Notes under the pieces: generated by a model | What the model saw: the letters and a program-made list of their open reading frames with translations, nothing else | The model's database searches: none | Told to the model about the DNA's origin: nothing | Shown: positions 29,308 through 39,725 of the stretch, piece by piece | Numbering within the stretch: the first letter of the stretch is position 1 | How the letters are laid out: each line of letters begins with the position of its first letter | Made by a program: the position numbers and the translations under genes | NCBI GenBank assembly: GCA_965140785.1 | Contig: OZ223497.1 | Span: forward strand, 64,001-128,000 | Direction: 5' to 3' | Length of the DNA: 64,000 nucleotides | From: an uncultured Ruficoccus sp. | Lineage (GTDB): Bacteria; Verrucomicrobiota; Verrucomicrobiia; Opitutales; Cerasicoccaceae

Positions 29308-31170
29308 ATGAAGACACTCAATTCAGAGCAATCGCATCCATCATCTCTCGGCTCTACACATATCGGCGGAGGCGTTGCCGAGCGGCTGGAGCGTTTTGCC
29401 TACGAGCGAATTACCTCGGAAGTTGCCCACACGGTGGTCTTCCACGAAGCAGAGGACGCATTCCGAAACCAGTTAGATGACAGTTCCGGTATTTACGGGA
29501 TCTGGCAGGGTGAGTTCTGGGGCAAGTGGGTGATCGGTGCCGTACGCTACTGCGAGTATAGTGCAGACGAGGAGCTGAAGGACTTTATCCGCCGTAGTGT
29601 CGATACCTTGATCGGCATGCAAGAGCCCTCGGGCTACATCGGAACCTACCGCGATCCGATGAACGTCTTTGCGGCAGACACGAAACGGAGCGAACCCATC
29701 ATGGGGTGGGCCTGCGACTGGAACTGGAACATCTGGTGCCGCAAGTACACGCTGTGGGGGCTTATCGAGGCGCATCGTTTGCTCGGGGATGAACATATCC
29801 TGCAGGCGGCTGAGAAGTTGGCCCTGCACCTGATCCACTCGCTCCATGAGCGGGACATCCGGCTTGGCTCGACGGGGACGTTTGAGGGTATTCCGAGCGG
29901 CTCCATTCTTAAGCCGATGGTGCTGCTTTACCGGGTGACCCAAAAAGAAACGTATCTGAACTTTGCCCGTGAGATTGCCGAGGACTGGAAGAGAGAGGAT
30001 GGTCAGAGCCCGAATCTGATCACCAATGCGCTCTCGATGAAGCCCGTGCACAAGTGGTATCCGGAACCCGAAAAGTGGGCCAAAGCTTACGAGCTTATGT
30101 CCTGCTTTGATGGTATTATCGAGCTGTACCGCGTCACTGGTGAGAGCGAGTTGCTTGAGAGTGCGATCTGTTTTCACGCGCTGCTGAAGCGCTACGAATA
30201 TAACGCGGTGCTATCCGTTGGCTTCAACGACATGTTCAACAATGCCTCCTCTCAGGTCAGCGCGATCAGTGAGCCGTGCGACGTAATCCACTGGATGCGC
30301 CTGTGCGGCGAGCTGTATCTGGAGACCGGTAACTACGCCTATCTCGATGATTTTGAGTTGGCCTTTTATAATCCGTTTCTGGCTGGGGTCTGCCAGGATG
30401 GGAAATGGGGGGCTCGTGGTGTCCGCAGTCACAGCCGTCACTTTTATGTGTTCGAGCAGGCGGGCATGAAGCACAACCATTGTTGCGTTAATAATGTTCC
30501 GCGCGGGTTCCTGAACTTTGTGCAGTTGGCAGCAACTGCCAACGAACACGGAGTCTCGGTGAACTTCTACTCGCCTTTCGAAACCACACTCGTGCACAGT
30601 GGTGGACAGGTCAAACTCTCGGTCAGCGGCGACTACCTCGGTAACGGTGAGGTAAAAGTCGTGTGGGAGTCCAACATCGATGAAGATGTTAACCTGCGCC
30701 TGCGCATCCCTGGTTGGGCGACGGGAGCAAGCATCGATCGTTCGGATGCTTCGAAGCATGTCGGCTGGTTTGAGCTGCCGCTCAGATCCGGCAAATCTCA
30801 GGCCACGTTGTCGTTTGACCGAGGCTTGAAGATTACCCGGTACGATGCCCCGTACGAGATCCCTGAGTGGTATCAGGTGCGCTGGCATGAAGAGTTCTTT
30901 CGCACAGAAGCCGGTTGTACCCTTCAGTACGGGCCACTCCTGCTCGCCCGCAGTAAACTGCTTGGAAATTCGGAGGAGGAAATCTTCGGCCCACCGTTGC
31001 CTACTGACTTTACCTGTTCACTGACACAGGTCCCATCCGATGCCGTCGCCTTCGCCTATAAAGCGGAGATTAAAAACGGCGAACGCCGCCTGCAGACCAA
31101 ACTCTGTGACTACGCCTCTGCCGGAAACTTCATCAGCGAGGATCAGAAACTCTTCAGCATCTTTATCTGA
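29308..31170 (+). CDS. GH127/GH146-type beta-L-arabinofuranosidase-like protein
   Basis: GEFWGKW, EPCDVIHW, HCCVNN, LRIPGW, YGPLLLA. Confidence 0.85.
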   Translation: MKTLNSEQSHPSSLGSTHIGGGVAERLERFAYERITSEVAHTVVFHEAEDAFRNQLDDSSGIYGIWQGEFWGKWVIGAVRYCEYSADEELKDFIRRSVDTLIGMQEPSGYIGTYRDPMNVFAADTKRSEPIMGWACDWNWNIWCRKYTLWGLIEAHRLLGDEHILQAAEKLALHLIHSLHERDIRLGSTGTFEGIPSGSILKPMVLLYRVTQKETYLNFAREIAEDWKREDGQSPNLITNALSMKPVHKWYPEPEKWAKAYELMSCFDGIIELYRVTGESELLESAICFHALLKRYEYNAVLSVGFNDMFNNASSQVSAISEPCDVIHWMRLCGELYLETGNYAYLDDFELAFYNPFLAGVCQDGKWGARGVRSHSRHFYVFEQAGMKHNHCCVNNVPRGFLNFVQLAATANEHGVSVNFYSPFETTLVHSGGQVKLSVSGDYLGNGEVKVVWESNIDEDVNLRLRIPGWATGASIDRSDASKHVGWFELPLRSGKSQATLSFDRGLKITRYDAPYEIPEWYQVRWHEEFFRTEAGCTLQYGPLLLARSKLLGNSEEEIFGPPLPTDFTCSLTQVPSDAVAFAYKAEIKNGERRLQTKLCDYASAGNFISEDQKLFSIFI

Positions 31171-31208
31171 ACCACTACACTGGGTAATACAATTACCCGC
31201 ACGTTGGC

Positions 31209-31532
31209 ATGAAAGCACACGATACTACGTCCGCCATTACCAATCATCTTAGTCTTAACTCCCGCTTACTGGGCTGTTGGCTGGGGAAATCGATCGGGGG
31301 GACGTTTGGGCTGCCTGCCGAAGGAAAAATGGAACGGCTTAACTACACATTTTACGATCCAGTGCCAACGATTGCTCCTCCCAATGACGACCTCGAACTG
31401 CAACTGGTCTGGCTGCACCTGGTCGAGCAGAACAAAAGCGGCGAGTTGACGGCTCAGGACTTTGCCAAGGCCTGGATCGAAAACATTCACTACATGTGGG
31501 ACGAGTATGGCAAGCATAGCGTGGTTTCGTGA
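31209..31532 (+). pseudogene. 3'-truncated ADP-ribosylglycohydrolase-family gene
   Basis: GCWLGKSIGGTFG, PNDDLELQL, WDEYG, then abrupt fusion to the repeat at 31509. Confidence 0.85.
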
Positions 31533-31576
31533 TGAACCGCTGAGTCTTATGGTTTATCTGTACGGTATATTGTTCT

Positions 31577-32204
31577 ATGTCCGTTTTTCATCATCGCCGA
31601 TTTTCTCGGCCTGAGGTTTTGGCTTCGATCCGACCTGAATTGCTGCGGCGTTATCAGTCCTATTTTCATGGCGGTGGATTCGATGTGGATTGTCTGAATC
31701 ATCGGGTAGGACCAGTTGAGTTGGCGCATCTGTCGGACGTACTGATGACGACAGAGTCGGGCATTCCTCCAGAGGTAGCGAATGCCCTCTACGCTGTCCA
31801 CGAAGTGGCAGTAGAAGAGAACACGGAGCTCTTGGAAATGCTCGCGTCCTCGGAGGAGGTGCCGCTTGAGCCGGACTCGACGTTGCTGGAGCTTGCGCTC
31901 AGCCTGTGGATGACTGCGCCGAAGGCGCTCAAGTGGATTCACCAGCATTAGTCCTGCAAGCGTAAGCGCTCTTTCGAGTATTTCAGTACGGCGGGAGATA
32001 CTTCGTCTGATTTTTCTCTGAGTGCGGAAGGGATTCGTCAGTTGGAGCAAAGTCTGTCCTATTACTTCAAAAAGAAGGACTGGGGCCACGGCTGCCGGAT
32101 CAATCATCGTCCACAGATGAATGAGCATTGGTTCTTAGTCAGTCACGGCGAGCGCTACAAGCGACATGGGAGGAGGGTCGGATGGGTACAATTGGCTTCC
32201 GGCC
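31577..32204 (+). pseudogene. Decayed copy of module gene A (within repeat copy 2)
   Basis: Relative to 7496-8142: 12-bp deletion, CAG to TAG at 31949, 7-bp deletion near 32161, truncation at 32204. Confidence 0.92.
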
Positions 32205-32367
32205 AGGACTACGCATACATGAGGCTCGAAAGCGTCTTCTTAGCGGGAAAGCCAGCGTCAAATCCGTGGCCCTGGATTTGGGCTATAGAAATCCGGGAGA
32301 TTTTACCCGCGCCTATCACCGTTTTCATGGCCGGGCACCCAGTGAGGACATGCAGAGCAGCGGATGA
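32205..32367 (+). pseudogene. C-terminal fragment of an AraC-family regulator
   Basis: LRIHEARKRLLSGKASVKSVALDLGYRNPGDFTRAYHRFHGRAPS is a second AraC HTH. Confidence 0.8.
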
Positions 32368-32508
32368 CTTTCGATTCATGAAAATCATGCCCGTACATCA
32401 ACATCTACAGTCAGACGGGAACTAACACGGACTCCGCCCAAAAAAGCTTAAGGGAAAAATGAGCGGGGGAAAGAAAAGGTGGAGCTCATGGGGAAACCCC
32501 GGCCGCTA

Positions 32509-33834
32509 TCAAAAATCGATCCAGTTTGAATGAGCCTCCAGTAATTGCTCAGCCATGGAAATAACACCAGGTGTGGTTAAATGCGCGCACACTGGATCTT
32601 CTCGTAATGCCTGGATGGCTTTTTTTCGGTCCTGCTCGAAGCAGGCATCGACGGTGAGCTTGTAGACATAGGAATAGGGGATGACAAAAGGTACAACCTG
32701 ATCGGGCAGGCTCCCAAAATGAACGGGGCTGAAACCATCCTGGCTTACACGAACAGCCGTTTCCACGATACTACCCAGTGGCAAGTTACTGACCTGCCCG
32801 CGATTGGGAACGTTTCCGACGTCGATAAAGGTCTTACCGAGATAATGGGCTTCGATGATGTCCGCAGCGGTTTCCTGCGAACGTTGCGAATAGCTCTCCG
32901 GTATTTCTCCCTTGACCATCTCCTCGGTTTCCCGGCGGAACTGAGCGTGCTTGTCACGGCGTTCGGCAGTTGATGTACGCTGGATCTTGTAAGATTCCAT
33001 GCGCTCGCGATCCGTGATGTACCAAGGGAAGAATTCACAGGTGTGGCGATCCCCCAAGTAAGGAATCAGACCAGTGAGTCGAAAAAGCTCAGTGGCAACT
33101 TCACGGAAGCCTTCATTCTCCTCTTTTGGGGGGATCGCCGCTTGGTAAAGCTCAGTCAGGCTTTTGTCGGAGTTGCGCAATTCGTCGAGCACATCGTGCC
33201 CATTCACCCTTATCTGATCGCACCAGAAAAAGTGATTGATGCCTCCATAGTTAATACTGATGCCGGTTTCGTCTTCCAGACCATAACGCTTTTTAAGAAA
33301 CTCAATGTTCTCAAATAACCCATGGCATAATCCGACTACAGGGTTGTCCAGCATCCGACACAGCACATCGGTCAGCGTGCACATCGGATTGGTGTAGTTG
33401 AGGACTACCGCCTTCGGTGCGAGGCGACGAATGGTTTCGCCAATGTGCACAAAGGGCTTGTAGTTGCGTATCGCGCGCGCCCAGCCGCCGGGGCCTGACG
33501 TATCGCCCACCGTGTGAAAGATGCCAAACTTTTCCGGTATGCTGATGTCGAAATCCATGGCATCGAAACCACCGGTGGAAATCGTGATCAGAATGTAGTC
33601 CGAGCCCTCAAGGGATTCGATCTGACCGGAGACCTCGAATTCGCACCCCACTTTGAAGGATTGCCCGAGCTTTCTGAGAAAAGCGGCATTCAATTCAGCC
33701 GCCTCGCGATCAAGATCGAGCAACGTGAAACTTGCTTCGCTCAGGGCGGGCACAAGCATCATGTCCTTAACGAGTTTATTTGTCCAAGTGGGGCTTCCGC
33801 CGCCAATGACCGTGATTTTAGCTTTTTGGGGCAT
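32509..33834 (-). CDS. Family 4 glycoside hydrolase (MelA-like)
   Basis: KITVIGGGS, GDTSGPGG, LNYTNP, GLCHG, GINHF. Confidence 0.92.
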   Translation of the reverse strand: MPQKAKITVIGGGSPTWTNKLVKDMMLVPALSEASFTLLDLDREAAELNAAFLRKLGQSFKVGCEFEVSGQIESLEGSDYILITISTGGFDAMDFDISIPEKFGIFHTVGDTSGPGGWARAIRNYKPFVHIGETIRRLAPKAVVLNYTNPMCTLTDVLCRMLDNPVVGLCHGLFENIEFLKKRYGLEDETGISINYGGINHFFWCDQIRVNGHDVLDELRNSDKSLTELYQAAIPPKEENEGFREVATELFRLTGLIPYLGDRHTCEFFPWYITDRERMESYKIQRTSTAERRDKHAQFRRETEEMVKGEIPESYSQRSQETAADIIEAHYLGKTFIDVGNVPNRGQVSNLPLGSIVETAVRVSQDGFSPVHFGSLPDQVVPFVIPYSYVYKLTVDACFEQDRKKAIQALREDPVCAHLTTPGVISMAEQLLEAHSNWIDF

Positions 33835-33966
33835 GGGTACAGTCGTCAATTTACTCAGGTTGAGCCAGCATGCTGGTGATGCGGTCTGTTGTTGCTCGCA
33901 ATAATAACATGATTATTTACTAATATCTTGCGCATTTATGCCAATATTGTCCAATATAGTAGGATT

Positions 33967-34839
33967 ATGTCCGGCCATTCACATGTACGTCAGTCTTCCT
34001 TGGGTTTCAGGGTCTGGCGCTGGCCCCTTGAACACAGACAGCAGAGGCATAAGCCGCACACTCACTCAGACATTGAAATTAATTGCCTCCTGCAAGGGCG
34101 TATCCGCTATGTGATGGGAGGGCATCTCTGTGATATCGAAGCGGGCGAGTTGGGGATATTCTGGGCGGGTATCCCGCATCAGATAGTTGAGTGGCACGAA
34201 CCTTTGGAGGGTATTTGGCTGACGCTGCCGTTGGATTGGCTGTTGCGCTGGCAAATCCCCGGCAACTTCGCGGAAAACCTGCTCGCGGGGCAGCTCGTTT
34301 GCCACCGTACGCACGGCAAGGAGGATGGTTTGCTCGAACAATTCCAAATCAAGCGCTGGCTGCGCGAGTTCAATGCGAAGCAGTCCGGAGCGCTTGAAAT
34401 ACTGCATCTGGAGGTTGAGGCTCTTATCCGGCGCCTAGCTCGCAGTTTTCAAGATGCTCCCCGCCAAAAGTCTGTGCCTGTAGATGACCGACGCTTACAG
34501 AAGTTTACTCACATCACCGACTTTTTGGCCGCCCATTATCTTGAAGATATTTCAATCGATGATGTCGCCCTTGCGGTACGGATGCATCCAAAATACATGA
34601 TGCAGTTTTTCAAAAAAACGGCAGGCATGACTGTTTTTAGCTATTTGCAGCGACTGAGACTAGCCCATGCCCAGCGTTTACTGCTCACGACGGACATCAA
34701 AGTCATTGACGCGGCCTATGAGGCGGGCTTTCAGTCCCTCAGTTCGTTTTACCATGCCTATAAACAATATTACCATGGAGCCAAGCCCACGCAATTACGT
34801 GGAAGAATGCCAGCCATTGCCGGAGGTAAGCTAACTTGA
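33967..34839 (+). CDS. AraC-family regulator, MelR-like
   Basis: HTHSDIEIN, FWAGIPHQ cupin domain; C-terminal double HTH; divergent from GH4. Confidence 0.88.
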   Translation: MSGHSHVRQSSLGFRVWRWPLEHRQQRHKPHTHSDIEINCLLQGRIRYVMGGHLCDIEAGELGIFWAGIPHQIVEWHEPLEGIWLTLPLDWLLRWQIPGNFAENLLAGQLVCHRTHGKEDGLLEQFQIKRWLREFNAKQSGALEILHLEVEALIRRLARSFQDAPRQKSVPVDDRRLQKFTHITDFLAAHYLEDISIDDVALAVRMHPKYMMQFFKKTAGMTVFSYLQRLRLAHAQRLLLTTDIKVIDAAYEAGFQSLSSFYHAYKQYYHGAKPTQLRGRMPAIAGGKLT

Positions 34840-34852
34840 GCGGGGTTTATAG

Positions 34853-35120
34853 CAAAACGGTTGAAAAAGTGAAACGTCCTAAGGTTGTTACCGACGAGCC
34901 CGGAATCTTGAGCGTAGACGACATGGTTCGCCTTTTCCGAATGAACCAAAAAATTGATCCGGAGATATGCGGCCTGCTGGCCCTCGGAGCCTTCGCGGGG
35001 ATGCGGACCTCAGCCATCGCCAAGATGGACTACGAGGAAATCGACTTCGCCCAGCGCGGTATTCTGATCCCGGCCAGCAAAACGAAAAAGCGCCGCCGCC
35101 AGTGGATTGAGGGGTTGCCG
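34853..35120 (+). pseudogene. Tyrosine integrase internal fragment
   Basis: PGILSVDDM..LALGAFAGMRTS (box I Arg)..IPASKTK; box II missing. Confidence 0.8.
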
Positions 35121-35186
35121 TGGAGTATGCGATTTCTGAGTTTCTTATTCCTTGGCAGCAACTTATGGTTTTTTGAAAAAGTTGTC

Positions 35187-35530
35187 TTGAAACCGCAAGT
35201 TTTACTTCTGCTAGCATGATGGCTGGCTGGGGGAAGCTGCGAAGCGCTGACCTATGAACCGTCATCAGCAGCAAGTCATTGAATACTTGGTCGAGGTACC
35301 GAACTGAGGCGCAGCCTCGGCGACAAAGCGAAGCGCCCATGCCTGAACAAGATGATTTTCTTCAGCGAGGCAGCCTTACGGAAAGTCATCAGCGAATACG
35401 TGCTGCATTACCATCATGAGCGACCGCATCAGGGCCGCGATAACCAAATCATCGAGCCGGACGTAGAAACCTTTCGCAATCAAGGCCCGATCCGAAAAAT
35501 CGCACACCTCGGTGGTCTCCTGAATCACTA
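35187..35530 (+). pseudogene. Internally deleted relative of the 16670 transposase, with two micro-insertions
   Basis: 5' part matches about 16670-16758 and 3' part matches about 17546-17737; roughly 790 bp missing. Confidence 0.9.
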
Positions 35531-36851
35531 TGGCTGAGTCCCACCTTTTGGCCCAGTAGCTATGATAGTTTTCCGGTCGGGTTATTGTGTTGGTTGGTTT
35601 GTTTTTTGAGGTTCTGGCGCAGAGAGGCCGTAGGCCGAACGGAGCCGGAACCTGTGTTTGGTTGTTTGGCAAACTGGGCGGGCGTGAGCAAGCCCAGAGA
35701 GCGGTGAGGTCTTTCGTGATTATGCAGATGCCTGTAGTCATCGAAGATGACGCGTGATTCACTGAGGGTGTAGATGAGTTCGCGATTGAGGCATGTCTTC
35801 GCTGCGCTCGAGTGTCGCCGTGCCTGAGGGCACAGGCTCGGTACGCGCCTAAACTTCTCGTTAAAACTCTCGACGAAACCGTTCTGCCAGGGGCATCCCG
35901 GGTCGATGTAGAGCGTTTTTATCTGGTTATCGGACAGCCAACGCTGGATACACTTAGCAATGAACTCAGGGCCGTTATCGGAGCGGATAAACTCCGGGGC
36001 CTCATGTTTGGCGATGGCCCCCTGGAGCAGCGTGAGTACGTCTTCGGCTTTGATCGCCCGGTCCGAATGGATGCAGTGGCACTCGCGTGTGTACTCGTCG
36101 ATGAGGTTGAACACGCGCAGCTTGCCGCCACGCTGGGTGTAATCGCTCACAAAGTCCCAGCTCCAGACATGGTTGCGACGGAGCGCCTCGGTCGGGAGCC
36201 CCGTGGACAAGCCCTGGCGACGCCTGCGAGGTTTGGGCGCGGGCACTTGCAGATGCTCCTCGCGACGCACCCGCTGCACGAGCTTCTTGCCCACGGCCCA
36301 GCCCTCATTACGCAGCTTTTGCGTGATCTTGCGGTATCCAAAAAACGGATACTTCCGGGACATCTTCACGATCTCGGATTCGAGCAAACGTTGTTTCTCG
36401 GGCAGGGGCTTGGGGCGATACCGGTAGGTCGAGCGAGCAATGCCCAGCCATCGGCAGACCTGTCTCCCGGAGCACCGGAGCGCAGACACCACCTTCGCGG
36501 CGGTGCTGCGCTGGCGATCCGGGCTCAGGCGTTTTTTTCCAACGCGATCTCCAGAGCTTTGATCTGGAGCAACTGGTCCGCGACTATCTTTTTGAGCTGA
36601 TCGGCTTCCTTTTCCAGCTCCTTGAGCCGTTGCGCCTCCTTCACGCTCAACCCGCCATACTGCTTCTTCCAGCGGTGGTACGTCGGCGCACTGATGCCAT
36701 ACTCGCGGCAAATATCATCCGCGCGCATGCCTTCGCTCGCGCGAAGGATGCGGATGATCTCTTCGGTCTCCCTTTTTTCATATGATTTTACGGTCATTCC
36801 TGACCGAAAAATCTATCAACAGCAATGGGCCAGTTTCAGGGGGCCCTGCCA
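35531..36851 (-). mobile_element. IS3-family insertion sequence
   Basis: Imperfect IRs tggctgagtcccaccttttggccca / tggcagggccccctgaaactggccca. orfA 36797-36525 (HTH); A7 slippery run at 36532-36538; orfB to 35560 with WSWDF, SDNGPEF, QNGFVESFN. No target duplication visible. Confidence 0.93.
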
Positions 36852-37204
36852 GCTTCGTCTTCGGCGTGAAAGCCGTCTCTACCGGAGCGAGACTATTCTA
36901 GCTCGAAGTCGATTGCCGGTTTTGAACAGTACCTTGACGTTCATTTGAGTTCTGATCAGAGGATAATAATATTTGTGGAAAATCAGCTGTTTTATTGAAA
37001 AATATTTTCGATTTACATCTGCGTTTTCAGCGCGGTGTGTGTTAAAATCGATTCAATCGAATACTTTCTGCCAATAGCTTTCGTTCGTTGTTACTCCATA
37101 GATTATGCTGTTTCGCCAATGATCCGTTCGTGCATTTATAACACGGATTTCAATCAACACTAACCCTATGGTTCATAGATATTTAACTTACGATACCGCT
37201 TGTT

Positions 37205-37987
37205 ATGAAAAAAACGTTTTTAAATCAGCCCCAGCCAGTCCTTACCGCTATGTTCGCTGGTCAAACTTCGCATGAGCTCATTACTACTGCCAGACATGCT
37301 GAATATGAGGGGGCAAACGGACTGGGTATCAGCTTGGAGGATTTAAGGCCTGAGTTTAGAAATGTGGACTCGCTACGTGAGATTATTGAGGCCGTGAATC
37401 TACCGTGCATGTTTTTCTTCTATCGCCAGGATCGTCATCAAAACCTTGACGATGAGGCACGTCAGAAGGTTCTACTGGCATCGGCTTTGGCAGGGGCGTC
37501 AGTCATAGATGTGATGGGGGATCTCTATGACCCATCTCCGATGGAGATAACTTACAAACCCGAGGCAATCGACAAGCAGAAGCATCTTATTGATGAAATC
37601 CATGCCCGTGGGGCTCATGCCATTATCTCATCACATATGTCTTGCTCGCGGACAACAGATCAAGTGGTCGAGCATATGCTGTCGCTCGAAGCACGCGGGG
37701 CTGATATTGTGAAGATCGTGACCACGGTTGATTCTGATGAGGAGCTCGCTGAGGCTTTCCGCACGACGATGGTGCTTCGGCGCGAGCTAAAGACACCTTA
37801 CGTCCACCTATGCAATGGGAGCTATAGCCGCCCGCATCGCTGTATGTGCCCACTTCTTGGAGTCTCGATCTGCTTCGCGGTGCCGCAGTATGATTCGCGT
37901 TATATTAGTATGGGGCAGCCTACTGTGCGTGCCATGCGGACCATTCTTGATAACGTGCATTGGAATATTAACGAGATGTGCGACTGA
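37205..37987 (+). CDS. Type I 3-dehydroquinate dehydratase-like protein
   Basis: FFFYR, VIDV, IISSH, GADIVKIV (Schiff-base Lys), MGQP pattern; divergent from canonical AroD. Confidence 0.65.
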   Translation: MKKTFLNQPQPVLTAMFAGQTSHELITTARHAEYEGANGLGISLEDLRPEFRNVDSLREIIEAVNLPCMFFFYRQDRHQNLDDEARQKVLLASALAGASVIDVMGDLYDPSPMEITYKPEAIDKQKHLIDEIHARGAHAIISSHMSCSRTTDQVVEHMLSLEARGADIVKIVTTVDSDEELAEAFRTTMVLRRELKTPYVHLCNGSYSRPHRCMCPLLGVSICFAVPQYDSRYISMGQPTVRAMRTILDNVHWNINEMCD

Positions 37988-38017
37988 TCTTGCATCGGAC
38001 AGATAATCTGACTTTGA

Positions 38018-38728
38018 CTAAAGAATAGTCTTTTTCTGCCTGAGTTCATGCCATTGCTCGGGGTCGTGGCCGAAGACAATATAAACACCTTGTTTGCTAA
38101 GAGCGTCGATTCTTTCCAGTGATTGTATGGCGGCTGAGGGTAACACGGTGGCGGGAGAGAGGCTGTGGCTTTCGAGTGTGAAACGGGTATAAGCTGCGTC
38201 TGCCGCCAGGAATATCCGCTTACCCCTGTCGCTTCGGAGTAACAGAGATTGGTGGCCGGGCGTGTGTCCTGGTGTGGAGAGCAACTGGATGCCATCTATG
38301 AGATCGTAGTCGCCATTCAGGTATGTCCACTGGAGCGGGTACTTGTTCTCTAAAGCGACACGCTCTTTTTCCGACACTTCACTACGCTGAAGATAACAGG
38401 GCACGTTTTCAAATGCCTCAAGACCTCCGGCGTGGTCGGTATGTAGGTGAGACAATATGATATGCGTGATGTCGCCGGTTCGTAGTCCCAGTTTTGCTAA
38501 CTGGCTGACCACATAATCGTCCATAGCCATCTGAGTGATATACTCACCCGTGCGGGGGGCGTTGATTGCCCGATTCGTGCTGCCAACATCAAAAAGTATT
38601 CGATGGTCTTCCTGTTCAATCAGAAAGAAGGGGACAGGAACTTCGTAAGGTTCATCGCCAGCGGCAATACCTTCTATGAGGCTGCGTCGTGTGCGTATAG
38701 TTCCGCACTGAAGTAAATGCAGTTTCAC
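38018..38728 (-). CDS. Metallo-beta-lactamase-fold lactonase (AiiA/AttM-like)
   Basis: SHLHTDHAGG, TPGHTPGHQS, AADA, FGHD. Confidence 0.88.
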   Translation of the reverse strand: MKLHLLQCGTIRTRRSLIEGIAAGDEPYEVPVPFFLIEQEDHRILFDVGSTNRAINAPRTGEYITQMAMDDYVVSQLAKLGLRTGDITHIILSHLHTDHAGGLEAFENVPCYLQRSEVSEKERVALENKYPLQWTYLNGDYDLIDGIQLLSTPGHTPGHQSLLLRSDRGKRIFLAADAAYTRFTLESHSLSPATVLPSAAIQSLERIDALSKQGVYIVFGHDPEQWHELRQKKTIL

Positions 38729-39684
38729 GGCTCAAGGGTCAGTACTACTTTGCCAAGGTTCTCCTGGCGTTCAAGTATGGCGTGGGCCGCCTCTGCTTCA
38801 GGCATAGGCAAGGCTTGGTGAACAAGAACCTTAATTTTTCCTGAGGAGAAGGATGGCCACAAGCTCGCTTCGAGCCCCTTGAGTATCTGGGCTTTGGTTT
38901 CACTGGATCGGCTGCGCAGGGTGCTGCCGATCAGTTTTACCCCGCGCTTGAAAAAATCGAGCATGTTCAATTCGCTGGTGGCCGCCCCCAAGGTTGCAAT
39001 GACAATCCAGCGCCCCCCGCGAGCCATTGTCTCCAGGCATGGGCCAAGGTTTGGACCTGCCACGCAGTCCATGGCCACATCGACCGGATGCTCGGCCAAC
39101 TCTGTGGCGATATTCTGTTTTTTGCGGTTAATGACAACATCAGCACCGATCTGCCTCACAAAGCGTTCTTTGCTTTCTGAACCGACAGTGGTCACGACTT
39201 TCGCTCCCAAAGTCTTGGCCAACTGGATCGCCGCCATGCCCAATCCGCTTGCGCCTGCCTGGATGAAGACTGTATCTCCGTTTGTCATGCCGCCCTCGAT
39301 ACACAGGTTGAGATAAGAGGTGGCGAAAGCCTCAGGTATGGCTGCGGCTTCTATCATGCTAAGCCCCGCCGGGACTGGAAGCGCCATATCCTCGGGGACG
39401 GCCACTTTTTCCGCGTAACCTCCTCCGCCGAGTAGTGCACAGACTTTGTCTCCTCGTTTCCAGCGGGAGCTTTCCGGTGCTTCGATCACGGTTCCAGCTA
39501 CCTCCAGCCCTGGCCATTCGGGCCAACCGGGTGGGGGAGGGTAATTCCCCTCGCGCTGCATGAGGTCGGCTCGGTTCAGAGCGGCGGCGTGCACCTTGAC
39601 TAAAATCTCGTTATCGCGTGCGATGGGATCGGGTACCTGGGTCCATATCAGGCGCTTGTTTTCGTCGATGATGACAGCATTCAT
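38725..39684 (-). CDS. NAD(P)H-quinone oxidoreductase (PIG3-like)
   Basis: ALNRADLMQREG, GGGYAE, AGASGLG, IGSTLRSR. Confidence 0.9.
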   Translation of the reverse strand: MNAVIIDENKRLIWTQVPDPIARDNEILVKVHAAALNRADLMQREGNYPPPPGWPEWPGLEVAGTVIEAPESSRWKRGDKVCALLGGGGYAEKVAVPEDMALPVPAGLSMIEAAAIPEAFATSYLNLCIEGGMTNGDTVFIQAGASGLGMAAIQLAKTLGAKVVTTVGSESKERFVRQIGADVVINRKKQNIATELAEHPVDVAMDCVAGPNLGPCLETMARGGRWIVIATLGAATSELNMLDFFKRGVKLIGSTLRSRSSETKAQILKGLEASLWPSFSSGKIKVLVHQALPMPEAEAAHAILERQENLGKVVLTLEP

Positions 39685-39725
39685 GTTTTTGCTTTCAGTA
39701 AGTGTTGAGTGGGTAAATGATCGAT

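Noticed and set aside
34853..35120. Functional island integrase
   Set aside because: Only the box I region remains, truncated on both sides.
38018..38728. Quorum-quenching system
   Set aside because: The fold alone does not specify AHL substrates, there is no luxI/luxR nearby, and context favours a metabolic lactonase.
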